A DNA stretch of 50,727 bases, from the NCBI GenBank assembly GCA_964437855.1, contig CAYTJE010000002.1, positions 1 through 50,727 on the forward strand, written 5' to 3'. Positions within the stretch are counted from its first letter, which is position 1; each line of letters opens with the position of its first letter. The position numbers and the translations under genes are program-made. Below the pieces are notes generated by a model. That model worked only from the letters and a program-made list of their open reading frames with translations, made no database searches and was not told the DNA's origin. This DNA comes from an uncultured Anaerolineales bacterium (lineage in GTDB: Bacteria > Planctomycetota > Phycisphaerae > FEN-1346). This document shows positions 32,176-41,500 of this stretch, piece by piece.

Positions 32176-34734
32176 TCACCCGAAGCCGTACGCCAGCACC
32201 ACCTGGCTCAGCACGGTCAACCCAAGGGCCAGGCCGCCCGCCAGCACGTCGTCGGCCATGATGCCCCATCCGCCGGGAAGACGCTCCGCCTGGCGGACCG
32301 GCGGCGGCTTGGCAATATCGAAGACCCGGAACCAGAAGAAGGCCAGCACCAGGCTGAGCCAGCCGGCCCCGGCCGTCGGCATCCAGGCCGCCAGGGCCGC
32401 GATCAACATGCCCGCCACCTCGTCCAGGACGAACGGCCGGGGGTCGTGCCGCTCCAGCCGACGCTCGAACCACGAGCCAATCGGCACGCCGACCATCGCC
32501 GCCGCCGCCGCTGCAACCGCCACGGCCCAGAGCGGCGCGCCCAGGTAGAAAACGGCCACGAGAAGCCCCGCCACCACCGCCGAGGCGGCAGTGCCGCTCG
32601 GACCCGGCAGGTGGCCGATGCCCAGCCACGTCCCCGCCAGGCCGGCCGGTCCGCGGACGCGGGCCCGCCACGGCCTCTCCTCGCGCCACCTCCGCCTGAG
32701 GCTCACCGGCACGTTGAAGAACAGGTTGAAGATCCCGTGCTCCAACAAGGCCCCGCGCTCGCCGAATACGGGGACGATACGGATACCGTGCGTCGCCCAC
32801 CCCGCCGCCATGAACCGCGCGAGCGTCGGGTACTGCTGCACCATCTGGATCGGAAACCCCAGATACCCGATGTACTTCCAGTACGAGATGCAGACGGCCC
32901 AGGCGTAGTTCTTCCAGTCGCGTTTCCAGAGGGCCAGCCCCGTGGCGTACAGGCCGCGGCAGAACGAACCCGGCGAAATCGGCGTAAACTGGGCGCCAAC
33001 CACAATCGCCGCGCCCCACCACCCCGAGTATTCCGCAGCCACATAGCCGCCGAGGCTAAACGACACGATCTGGGTAATAGGAATCGTGAAAAGATGGACC
33101 ACGAGGCTCATCAGGTACGTCTGGATAAACGGTTCCTCGATGCGGGCGAGGACGCGGTCGGCCTCCTCGGATGCCAGGACGCCCTCGGCCCGGCCCTCCT
33201 CGACCATCTCCCGGAGCCACCGCTCCCGCCGCGCCCGGCTGAAAAAGAGCGCCACCGGTCGGACTACCACGTACCGGAACACGTCCCAGGCGTACCGCCG
33301 GTCCGTCAGGAACCGGTGCAGCCCGGCCGGCAGCAAGGCGACCGTCACGGCCTGAAGCCAGAACCACGCCGGCTGCCGCGCCAGCGCCAGGGCCCGCGTC
33401 CGGCTCACGCGGCCCTTGCGGTGCCAGTCGATGAGTGTCTCGCACGCCCGCCCGCGGATGGCCCGCTTCAGGTAATCCAGATTCGTCAGGGCCTCGCGCA
33501 CGTGGCGCCAGTACGCCCCGCTGCCCCAGGCGCGCTGGAGGAACCGTCCGACGAGCGGCACCAGCCCCAGGACGATAAACAGGAGCAGCCGCTCGGGCCG
33601 GCCCGCCATCGTTCGAGCCCGGCGCCCGTCCATGACGCCGCGGACGCGATAGCCCTCCGTCCACGTCCGGCAGATTTTCTGCGGCAGCGAGCGGTCCCGG
33701 AAGGCCTCCAGCCGCCGGTTCGCCAAATCCGGCTGCGCCCCGTGATAGCCCGCCTCGGCGGCCCGGAGTTCCGCCAGGGCCGCGCCCATCCCCTCGAACC
33801 GGTTCGGACGGGCCCGGACGTACGCCGCCAGGCGGTCGAGGTCGCCCCGGTCGAACTGGACGAGCCGACCCCGCGCCAGGCCCGACCCGATGAGCCGCAC
33901 GTCCGCCGGGCTCATCGGGAGGAAAGGCAGCAGCGCCAGGCCGGCGCCGAAGTCCACCGCCACCAGCCCCGCCGACGGGTCGTCCCCGGCGTCGCGGCGT
34001 TTCAGGACGTTCGGCTGGCTCTTCATCGTCCACCACTCGTACTGGCGGGCGATTTCCGGCGCCCCCATCTCGTGGAACAGCCGCACGAGCCGGCCCATGA
34101 ACGCCCGCTTGGCGGCGTACTCGGTGGCCGTCTCGCCCTGCGGGCCGGACGACGGCGGGGAGAGGAGGCGCTCGTTCACCTCCAGCCGCCACACCCGGCC
34201 GTCCACCCACTCCAGGACCTCGCCCATCGAGCCGAGGGCCGGGTCGTGAAAGGTGGCGAAGACGTCCACGACGGCCCGCTCCGACCCCAGCCGCTCCGCC
34301 GCCCCGCGACGGATAAACTTGTGCCACAGCGCACACGCCCGCACCGCCCGCGGATTCGCCTGGAGCCCGAACGGTGCCTGGAAGCCGAGTCCGTACAGCG
34401 CGTTGCGGAACTTACGCCCGAACCGCGACCACGGGACCATCATTTTCAGGGCGTACCGGCCGCCCTCCTCCAGCGGCGGCTCGCCCGCGCCCGTCTCCGG
34501 CGGGTCCAGCCGCACCAGCCGCGCCCGGTACACCTGCCCGGCAAAGCCGCCGCCCACGTAGGCGTCAACCTCGAACACCGCCCGCGCCCGCCAGGCCGGC
34601 GCCACGCCCGTCAGGTCAACCTCCAGCACGTCGCCCGCCTCGTGCCGGGTAAGGCGGCGAGGCCGCAGCAGGCGGGCGCTGTCGGCCATCTCGGCCAGCC
34701 GGTGGCACACCTCGCTGGAATACGTCTTGGCCAT
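32176..34734 (-). CDS. Fusion protein: protein-kinase-like N-terminal domain + polytopic membrane region + C-terminal phosphatidylglycerophosphatase A (PgpA) domain
   Basis: 852 aa from the ATG at 34734. The N-terminus has VGGGFAGQVYRARL (Gly-rich loop-like), RYALKMM (Lys) and VAVDFGAGL (DFG-like). The C-terminal ~165 aa (LGIGHLPGPSGTAAS .. FVLDEVAGML .. FRVFDIAKPPP .. GWGIMADDVLAG) match the PgpA family. No ATG/GTG/TTG with an RBS lies immediately before the PgpA part. The ORF-track ORF 32176..37164 is a GC-driven read-through. Confidence 0.7.
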   Translation of the reverse strand: MAKTYSSEVCHRLAEMADSARLLRPRRLTRHEAGDVLEVDLTGVAPAWRARAVFEVDAYVGGGFAGQVYRARLVRLDPPETGAGEPPLEEGGRYALKMMVPWSRFGRKFRNALYGLGFQAPFGLQANPRAVRACALWHKFIRRGAAERLGSERAVVDVFATFHDPALGSMGEVLEWVDGRVWRLEVNERLLSPPSSGPQGETATEYAAKRAFMGRLVRLFHEMGAPEIARQYEWWTMKSQPNVLKRRDAGDDPSAGLVAVDFGAGLALLPFLPMSPADVRLIGSGLARGRLVQFDRGDLDRLAAYVRARPNRFEGMGAALAELRAAEAGYHGAQPDLANRRLEAFRDRSLPQKICRTWTEGYRVRGVMDGRRARTMAGRPERLLLFIVLGLVPLVGRFLQRAWGSGAYWRHVREALTNLDYLKRAIRGRACETLIDWHRKGRVSRTRALALARQPAWFWLQAVTVALLPAGLHRFLTDRRYAWDVFRYVVVRPVALFFSRARRERWLREMVEEGRAEGVLASEEADRVLARIEEPFIQTYLMSLVVHLFTIPITQIVSFSLGGYVAAEYSGWWGAAIVVGAQFTPISPGSFCRGLYATGLALWKRDWKNYAWAVCISYWKYIGYLGFPIQMVQQYPTLARFMAAGWATHGIRIVPVFGERGALLEHGIFNLFFNVPVSLRRRWREERPWRARVRGPAGLAGTWLGIGHLPGPSGTAASAVVAGLLVAVFYLGAPLWAVAVAAAAAAMVGVPIGSWFERRLERHDPRPFVLDEVAGMLIAALAAWMPTAGAGWLSLVLAFFWFRVFDIAKPPPVRQAERLPGGWGIMADDVLAGGLALGLTVLSQVVLAYGFG

Positions 34735-34949
34735 GGTGCTCTCGTCGTGCCATCGTGAAACAGGGCACGTGCCCGTGTGGCCCGGCCGGCTTGCCCGGCC
34801 GGGAGACTCTGCAGAACCATTCCGAGCCGGCTCGCCGCCCCTGGGGGGCCATACTATGGCCGTCGGACGCCGGACCGTCCAGCAGAAAGCCGCCGACCGT
34901 TCCATCGGACGCCGGCGGCGGGGCGAATTAGCGAAAGCCGTGGTCTTTG

Positions 34950-35053
34950 GCGCGGCGGGGCTCCGCACCCACCGCGTTTGAATGCGTGATTCTCGTGCGG
35001 CCCGGCCCGTACGGGCCGGGAGAGCACGGAGTGGCAAGCAATCCGTGGCACCG
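34950..35053 (+). repeat. Three-hairpin composite element, copy 3
   Basis: Same order as copies 1 and 2. The third hairpin at 35025-35047 carries two arm mismatches. Lies between the divergent fusion gene and addB. Confidence 0.7.
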
Positions 35054-35079
35054 CATCGTGTGGCCCTCGCCAGATCGCC

Positions 35080-35108
35080 TTGACACCGCCCCCGCCCCGC
35101 GATACCGT
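35080..35108 (+). promoter_or_regulatory. Candidate sigma-70 promoter for addBA (TTGACA-N17-TACCGT)
   Basis: Perfect TTGACA at 35080-35085, a 17-nt spacer, and TACCGT at 35103-35108. The TTG of the -35 is the ORF-track start codon, which argues for the downstream GTG start. Confidence 0.35.
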
Positions 35109-35139
35109 CGCCACGGGACCCCAACTGCCCGGAACCGCC

Positions 35140-38100
35140 GTGACCACACCGGTCGAACTCATCGTCGGACCGGCCCGCAGCGGCAAGGCCGGCCGCGTCC
35201 TGGCCGCCTATCGCCAGGCGCTGGCCGACGCCGCCCCCGGCCGGGCCCTCATGCTTGTGCCCACCGGGCTGCGGCGGCGCCGGACGCAGAGCCTCCTGCT
35301 GGCCGCCGCCGAGACGGGCGTCCTTCTCCAGCCGAACATTCTGACGCTGCCGGAGGTGGCGGAACGGCTGCTGGCGGCCGCCGGCCGGACCGTCCGCCGC
35401 ATCCGCGGGCTCGCCCGTCGGCAGGTCATCCGCGACGGCCTCGACGCGCTCGACGAGAAGGCCGCCGCCCCCCTGGGCGAGGTCCGCACCGCCCCGGGCC
35501 TCGTCGACGCCCTCGACGCGCTGCTGCGTGAACTGAAGGCCGCACGCGTCGAGCCGGACGCCTTCGGCCGGGCGCTGGCCGGACCCCTGCGGACGCCCAG
35601 GAACCGCCTGCTGGCCCTCCTCTACACCGACTACCAGCGCCGTCTCCAGGACCGGGACGTCTACGACGACCAGGGCCGGTTCTGGCACGCAGCCGCCCTG
35701 CTCGCCGAGGGCGAGGCCGGACCGTTTGACGACCTCGCCCTGCTGGCCGTCGACGGGTTCCAGCATTTCGACCCGGCCCAACTGGACGTCATCCAGGCCC
35801 TCTCGCAGCGGGCCGGTCGGACGCTCATCACCCTCACCTGGCAGCCCGACCGGCCCGACCTGTTCGGCGTGACCGGCCGCACGCGCCGGCGCCTCCGCGA
35901 CCGCTTCGGCGACCGGCTGACCGAAACCGTCTCGGACGAGCCGAGCGGTCTGGCCGGTACGGCTCCGTATGGACCCGCCGACCTGGAGCGCCTCCGCACC
36001 CGCCTCTTCCTGGCGCCCGGCGAGGAGGATGCCGAGGACGGGCGTCCGCCCGCCGAGGGCCAACTGGCCATCGTCCGCGCCGCCGGCCGGACCCGCGAGG
36101 TGGAGGCGGTCGCCCGCCGGGCCGTGGACCTCGCGGGCGGCGGGGCGACCGAACCCGCCTCCATCGCCGTCATCACCCGGTCGCTGGCGACGTACGCCCC
36201 GCTGGTGCGGCAGGTCTTCCCGCAATACGGCCTGCCGTTTCGGGTCGAGACCGGCGTCCCGCTGGCCGACGTGCCCGTGGTGCGGGCGGCGATGGCCATG
36301 GTCCGCCTTCAGGCCGAGGACCACGCCTTCCGGGCCGTGGCCCGGGTGCTGCACTCCACGTACTTTCGGCCGGAGGCGTTCGACGCCACGCCCGCCGACG
36401 CCCGGGCGGCCGTCCGCCTGGCCCGCGACGCCGGCGTCTGGACCGGCCGGGAGGCGTACGCCCGCGGCTTCGCGTATCTCCGAGGCCAATTGGCACGGGG
36501 CGCCGGCGCCGTCGACGATTTCGGCGACGCCGTCGTCTCGCCCGAGCGCCGGGCCGAGCGGGCGGCCGAGATCGACCGGGCCGAGGCGCTGCTCGGCCGC
36601 GTCTTCGACGCCACGGCCCTGCCGGCCTCGGCCACGCGGCGCGCTTTCGCCGACGCCCTGCACCAGATGATCCAGGCGGCCGGGCTGTGGGAGACCGCCC
36701 GCGCCCACGAGCGCCCCGAGGACCGGGCCCGCGACCTCCAGGCCCTGGCCGGCCTGGAGACCGTCCTGGACGAGGTGGCCCGGCTCGATGCGCCCGACGG
36801 CGCGGAGGTGACGCTGACGGCGTTCCTGGAGGAGGTCCGCCGGGGCCTGGACGACGAGACGATCAGGCCGCCGGAGCCGGCGGACGCCCCGGTCGTGGTC
36901 ATCGAGGCCCGCCGGGCCACCGACCCGACCTTCGACCACGTCTTCCTGGTGGGCCTGGCCGAGAAGGCGTTCCCCCGTCGCGGCCGCCGGCGTCCCTTCT
37001 TCAGCGACGCCGAGCGCGGCGACCTGCGCCGGCGCGGCGTGGACCTGGCCGACACCGGCCACCACGCCCAGGAGGAGATGCTCCGGTTCTACATGGCGGC
37101 CACGCGGGCCGGGCGGTCGCTGACGCTGTCGTACCCGTCGCTCGACTCGGCCGGCCGGCCTCAACTACCCAGCCATTACGTGGAGGAGGTCAAGGGCCTG
37201 TTTGCCGAGGGCGACCAGGGGTCCACCGTGCCCGAGACGGAGGTGGGCGTCCGGGACCTGGACCTGTCCGTCCGGACCCCTCCGGGGCCGGCCGAGGCAG
37301 CCCGGAGCCGGCGAGAACTGCTCGCCGTCACCCTGTTCGCCCTGTGGGGACCGGGCGCGAACCCCAAGATCGACCGCGACCTGGCCGTCCTGGCGACCTT
37401 GGCCGCCGACGGCCACGCCGTCGAGACCGCCCTGGCGGGCCTGGCCGCCGAGTGGGAGCGCGAGCATGGCCAGGGGTTCGGCCGGTTCGACGGGTGCCTC
37501 GAGGCCCCCGACATCCTGGACGAGTTGTGCCGGTGGTACCCCGGCGCGTCCGCGATGAGCGCCCGCCGGCTGGAACGGTTCGGCCGGTGCCCGTTCGCGT
37601 TTCTGGCGGGCGAGGTGCTCGGCCTGGCGCCCAAGGAGGAGCCGTCGCCGGACCTGGCGCCCATGGACCTGGGCCTGATTATCCACGGCGTGCTGGAGCG
37701 GTTCTTCCGGGCGGTCGGCGAACACCGGGCCCTGGCCGGCCGAATCACCGAGGAGACGCGCGAGACGGCCCTGGCGCTGCTGGAGGAGACGGCGGAGGCG
37801 TACTTCGGCCGGTTGGAGTCGGCCGGCCGGGTCGGCTCCCCCGCCCTGTGGTCCGTCCAGCGGCGGACCATCCTGCGCGACCTCCGGCGCCTGGTCACCT
37901 GGCACGCCCAGACCCTCGGCCGCTGGCGCGTGGCCGAGACCGAGTGGGCCTTCGGCACCGGCGACGCCGGCGCACCGCCCTTGACCGTCCCGACGGACCA
38001 CGGGCCGCTGCCCCTGCGCGGCCGGATCGACCGCATCGACCGCGGCCCCGACGACGCCAACGGGGTCCAGATTGTGGACTACAAGTCCGGCACCACGGCG

Positions 38101-38595
38101 CCGTCGCAGCAGGACATGCGCGACGGCACGAGTTTCCAGTTGCCGCTGTACCTGATGGCCGCCGAGGCGCTGCTCGGCGCGGCGTCGTCGGGGGACCGTC
38201 CGGCGGCCGAGTCCGAAAGGGACCCGTATGGGGACGCGCTGGCCCGGGCGTTCTTTCTGCCGGTCCGGAATCCCGGTTTCCGGTCGGCCATCTCGACCAG
38301 GGCCACCAAGAAGCGGCCGAGAGGCACCGCCGACCCCGCCCGCGAGCGGGCGGCCGCCACCATCCGACGGTTCATCGAGGCCATCCGCCGCGGACGATTC
38401 CCGGTGTACCCGCGGACGGCCTGCGGCCGGTGCGACTTCGCCGGCATCTGCCGGTACGCCGAGTGGCGGAGCCAACGCAAGTGGGAGGCGTCGCCGATTC
38501 CGGCCCTCGCCCCCCTCCCCGACGGCGAGGACGAAACAGGCGCGGACGCCCCCCCTACGGAGCCGCACGGCCCGGACGAGAAAGGCGGCGCATGA
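35140..38595 (+). CDS. addB: AddB-type helicase-nuclease subunit (PD-(D/E)XK nuclease with an Fe-S cluster)
   Basis: Has an N-terminal degenerate P-loop VGPARSGKAG, the nuclease motif GRIDRIDRG..VQIVDYKSG, and the Cys pattern RCPFAF ... CGRCDFAGIC typical of the AddB Fe-S domain. The start is GTG at 35140 or TTG at 35080. Confidence 0.8.
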   Translation: MTTPVELIVGPARSGKAGRVLAAYRQALADAAPGRALMLVPTGLRRRRTQSLLLAAAETGVLLQPNILTLPEVAERLLAAAGRTVRRIRGLARRQVIRDGLDALDEKAAAPLGEVRTAPGLVDALDALLRELKAARVEPDAFGRALAGPLRTPRNRLLALLYTDYQRRLQDRDVYDDQGRFWHAAALLAEGEAGPFDDLALLAVDGFQHFDPAQLDVIQALSQRAGRTLITLTWQPDRPDLFGVTGRTRRRLRDRFGDRLTETVSDEPSGLAGTAPYGPADLERLRTRLFLAPGEEDAEDGRPPAEGQLAIVRAAGRTREVEAVARRAVDLAGGGATEPASIAVITRSLATYAPLVRQVFPQYGLPFRVETGVPLADVPVVRAAMAMVRLQAEDHAFRAVARVLHSTYFRPEAFDATPADARAAVRLARDAGVWTGREAYARGFAYLRGQLARGAGAVDDFGDAVVSPERRAERAAEIDRAEALLGRVFDATALPASATRRAFADALHQMIQAAGLWETARAHERPEDRARDLQALAGLETVLDEVARLDAPDGAEVTLTAFLEEVRRGLDDETIRPPEPADAPVVVIEARRATDPTFDHVFLVGLAEKAFPRRGRRRPFFSDAERGDLRRRGVDLADTGHHAQEEMLRFYMAATRAGRSLTLSYPSLDSAGRPQLPSHYVEEVKGLFAEGDQGSTVPETEVGVRDLDLSVRTPPGPAEAARSRRELLAVTLFALWGPGANPKIDRDLAVLATLAADGHAVETALAGLAAEWEREHGQGFGRFDGCLEAPDILDELCRWYPGASAMSARRLERFGRCPFAFLAGEVLGLAPKEEPSPDLAPMDLGLIIHGVLERFFRAVGEHRALAGRITEETRETALALLEETAEAYFGRLESAGRVGSPALWSVQRRTILRDLRRLVTWHAQTLGRWRVAETEWAFGTGDAGAPPLTVPTDHGPLPLRGRIDRIDRGPDDANGVQIVDYKSGTTAPSQQDMRDGTSFQLPLYLMAAEALLGAASSGDRPAAESERDPYGDALARAFFLPVRNPGFRSAISTRATKKRPRGTADPARERAAATIRRFIEAIRRGRFPVYPRTACGRCDFAGICRYAEWRSQRKWEASPIPALAPLPDGEDETGADAPPTEPHGPDEKGGA

Positions 38596-41500
38596 GCCCG
38601 CTCACCGACAGCCAGCGCCACGTCGTCACCCACCTGGACGCGAACTTCTGCGTCACAAGCGGCGCAGGGTGCGGCAAGACGCGGGTCCTGGTGGAACGGT
38701 ATATGCACGTCCTGGAGCAGAAGCCGGACGTGCCGCTGTCGGCGCTGGCGGCCATCACGTTCACGGAGAAGGCGGCGGCCCAGATGCGGGATCGCATCCG
38801 CGCCGCCTGCCGGGACCACATCGCGGCCGCCCGGCTCGACCGCGACGCCGTGCGCCTCGGCCGGTGGCGGCAGCGGTACTGGGACGTGGACATCGCCCCC
38901 ATCAACACGATCCACGGCTTCTGCGGAAGCCTGCTCCGGCAGTGGCCCATCGAGGCCGGCGTGGACCCGCAGTTCACCACGCTCGACGAGACGGCGGCGA
39001 CCTTCCTTCGGCAGGACGTGGTGGCGGCGACCCTGGAACGCCTGCTGGAGGCCGAGGACGCCGACCTGCTCGCCGTCCTGGAGCATCTCCGCCTGGCCGA
39101 GGCCCGCTCCGTCCTGGACGATTGTTTGAGCGGCCGGCGCGAGGTCCTCCGCCGCGTGGCCGGCCCGGTCATGGCCATGACGGACGAGGCGATTCTCGCC
39201 CGCGTGCAAAAGCGGGTGGACGAAATCGTGCTCGCGCGGCTGCGGGGGATTGCCGAGTCGCCCGCCCTCCGCGAGGCCGAGGCCGCCCTGGCCCGCGTGG
39301 CCGGCGAGGAGGAGGATAAACTCGAGGCCATCCGCCGCCGCGCGCTCGACCAACTGAACCGGCTCCGCGGCGCCCGGACGGCCCAGATCGCCCGCGCCGC
39401 GGCCGCGGACCTGGTCGGCGCCGTCAACCTCCGGTGCGGCAGCGCGAAGCGATGGCCGTCCGAGGAAACCCTCGAGGCCGCCAAGGATGGCCTGAAGGCC
39501 CTCCGGGAGCCCCTGAAGGCCGCCCTGGACGACCTGCCCGTCTTCGAAGAAACAAGGGAGCGCGAGCACCTGGCCCTTGCCCGCGCCCTGTACCGGACGA
39601 TGGGCCGGGTGCTGGAGTCATACGAGGCGGCCAAGCGGGAACGGTCGGCGCTGGATTTCGAGGACCTCCAGATCCGCGCCCGGGACCTGTTGCGGGACCA
39701 TCCGCGCGTGCGGGACGCCTGCCGCCGCCGCTTCCGGGCCGTGCTGGTCGACGAGTTGCAGGACACGAACTTCCTCCAGTTCGAGATCGTGGACCTGCTG
39801 ACGACCGAGCCGGGCGCCGCCGGCCAGGGGGGGCCGCTGCGGCCCGGCGCCCTCTTTGCCGTGGGCGACCCCAAGCAGTCGATCTACCGGTTCCGCGGGG
39901 CGGAGGTGGAGGTCTTCGAGCGGGCCCTCGGCCGGGTGCCCGAGGCCGGCCGGCGCGGCCTGGAGCAGAGTTTCCGCCTGCATCCCGGCACGGCGGCGCT
40001 CGTGAACCAGGTGTTCGCCCCGCTGATGGGCGAGGCGTACGAGCCGGTCCGCGGGGCCGCACCCCAGGCCAACGAGACCGTGGCCGAGGTCCTCCACGTG
40101 GTCAACCCGGACGGGGAGACGGGCTACCGCGCGGCCGAGGGCATTACCGCGGAGGCCCGGACGCTGGCCGCCCGCCTCAGCCGCATCGTCTCGCGCGGCG
40201 AGGTGCAGGTGACCGACGGCCCGTCCGGGTCCGCCCGGCCGGTCGGCTGGGGCGACATCGCCCTCCTCCTTCGCCGGACCACGCACCTGCACCTCTACGA
40301 AGAGGCGCTGGAGGCCGAGGGCGTGCCGTACTACGTCGTGGCCGGCCGGGGCTTCTACAAGCAGCAGGAGGTCCTGGACGTGGTGCACCTGCTCCGCGTA
40401 CTCCAGGACCCGGCGGACGACCTGCCCCTGGCGGGTGTGCTGCGGTCGCCCTTCTTCGCAGTCAGCGACGAGGGCCTGTTCCGGCTGAAGCGTCTCGCCC
40501 CGACACTGCACGAGGGCCTGGAGCGCATCGGTGAGGCCGAGACCCTCGACCCGGACGACCGTCGCGGCCTGGAGCGCGCCGCCCGGCTCCTGCCGCGATG
40601 GGCCGCCATGAAAGACCGCCTCGGGCTGGCCCGCCTGGTGGAGACGGTGGCCTTCGAGTCGGGGTACGCGGCGGGGGCGGTCGGGCGGTTCGGCGGAGCC
40701 CGGGCGTACGCAAACCTCCGGCAGATGGTCGACCTGGCCCGGCAGTTCGAGCGCGGCGGCCTCTGGGCCCTGGGCGACTTCGTCGAGTACGTCACGGACG
40801 TGATGCAGAATGAGATGCGGGCCGAGCAGGCCCCTGTCGAGGCGCCCGGCACCGACGCCGTCCGCATCATGACCATCCACAAGGCCAAAGGGTTGGAGTT
40901 CCCGGTGGTCGTCCTGCCGGACCTGGCGCAGGCAGCGTCGGGTCGGCGGCGGGCGTGGGACATCCACCCGGCGTCCGGGCTGGCCGTCCGCATGCGCGAC
41001 GACGACAGCGACCGACCGACCTCGGCAGCCCTGGCGCTGGCGCACCAGGAGGAAGCGGACGCCCTCGAGGCCGAATCGCACCGCCTGTTCTACGTGGCCA
41101 CGACGCGCGCGAAAGATTACTTGATATTTTCGGCCCATCAGCCGTACCGTACCCCCCGCGGCCGGCCGTGGCTGGCGGATTTGCTGACCGGCCTTGGCGC
41201 AGCGGGTACCCTTTTACGGCACGGGTCCGTACGGACGGGCCGCGCAGGGAAGAGCGCACCGGCGCTCGGCACGGCGGCCGAGGTGGGGAAGCAGGTGGTG
41301 CCGCTCGCCTCCGGCGGCAGCGTCCTGGTGCACGTCCGGCGACCACCGGCCTCGAGAGGGACCCACGGCCGTCGCCGCCGCGGCCCGCAGGACATCTTCG
41401 CCGACGGCCGGGTGCGGTGGGACCGGATTCGCGAGCGCGCCGGCCGCGCCCGCTCGCGCGGCGAGGCGGCCGTGGCCCAGGTAAGGCTACTTTGTCAACT

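Noticed and set aside
32176-37164. Giant 1662-aa ORF (also 36687..42374 at 1895 aa, 26042..28342 at 766 aa, 47212..50556 at 1114 aa and 22549..23817 at 422 aa) offered by the ORF track as single proteins
   Set aside because: High GC suppresses stop codons, so real genes are extended upstream through intergenic REP arrays and through sequence antisense to neighbouring genes. I trimmed each to the start codon where recognisable family sequence, an RBS or coupling with an upstream stop begins.
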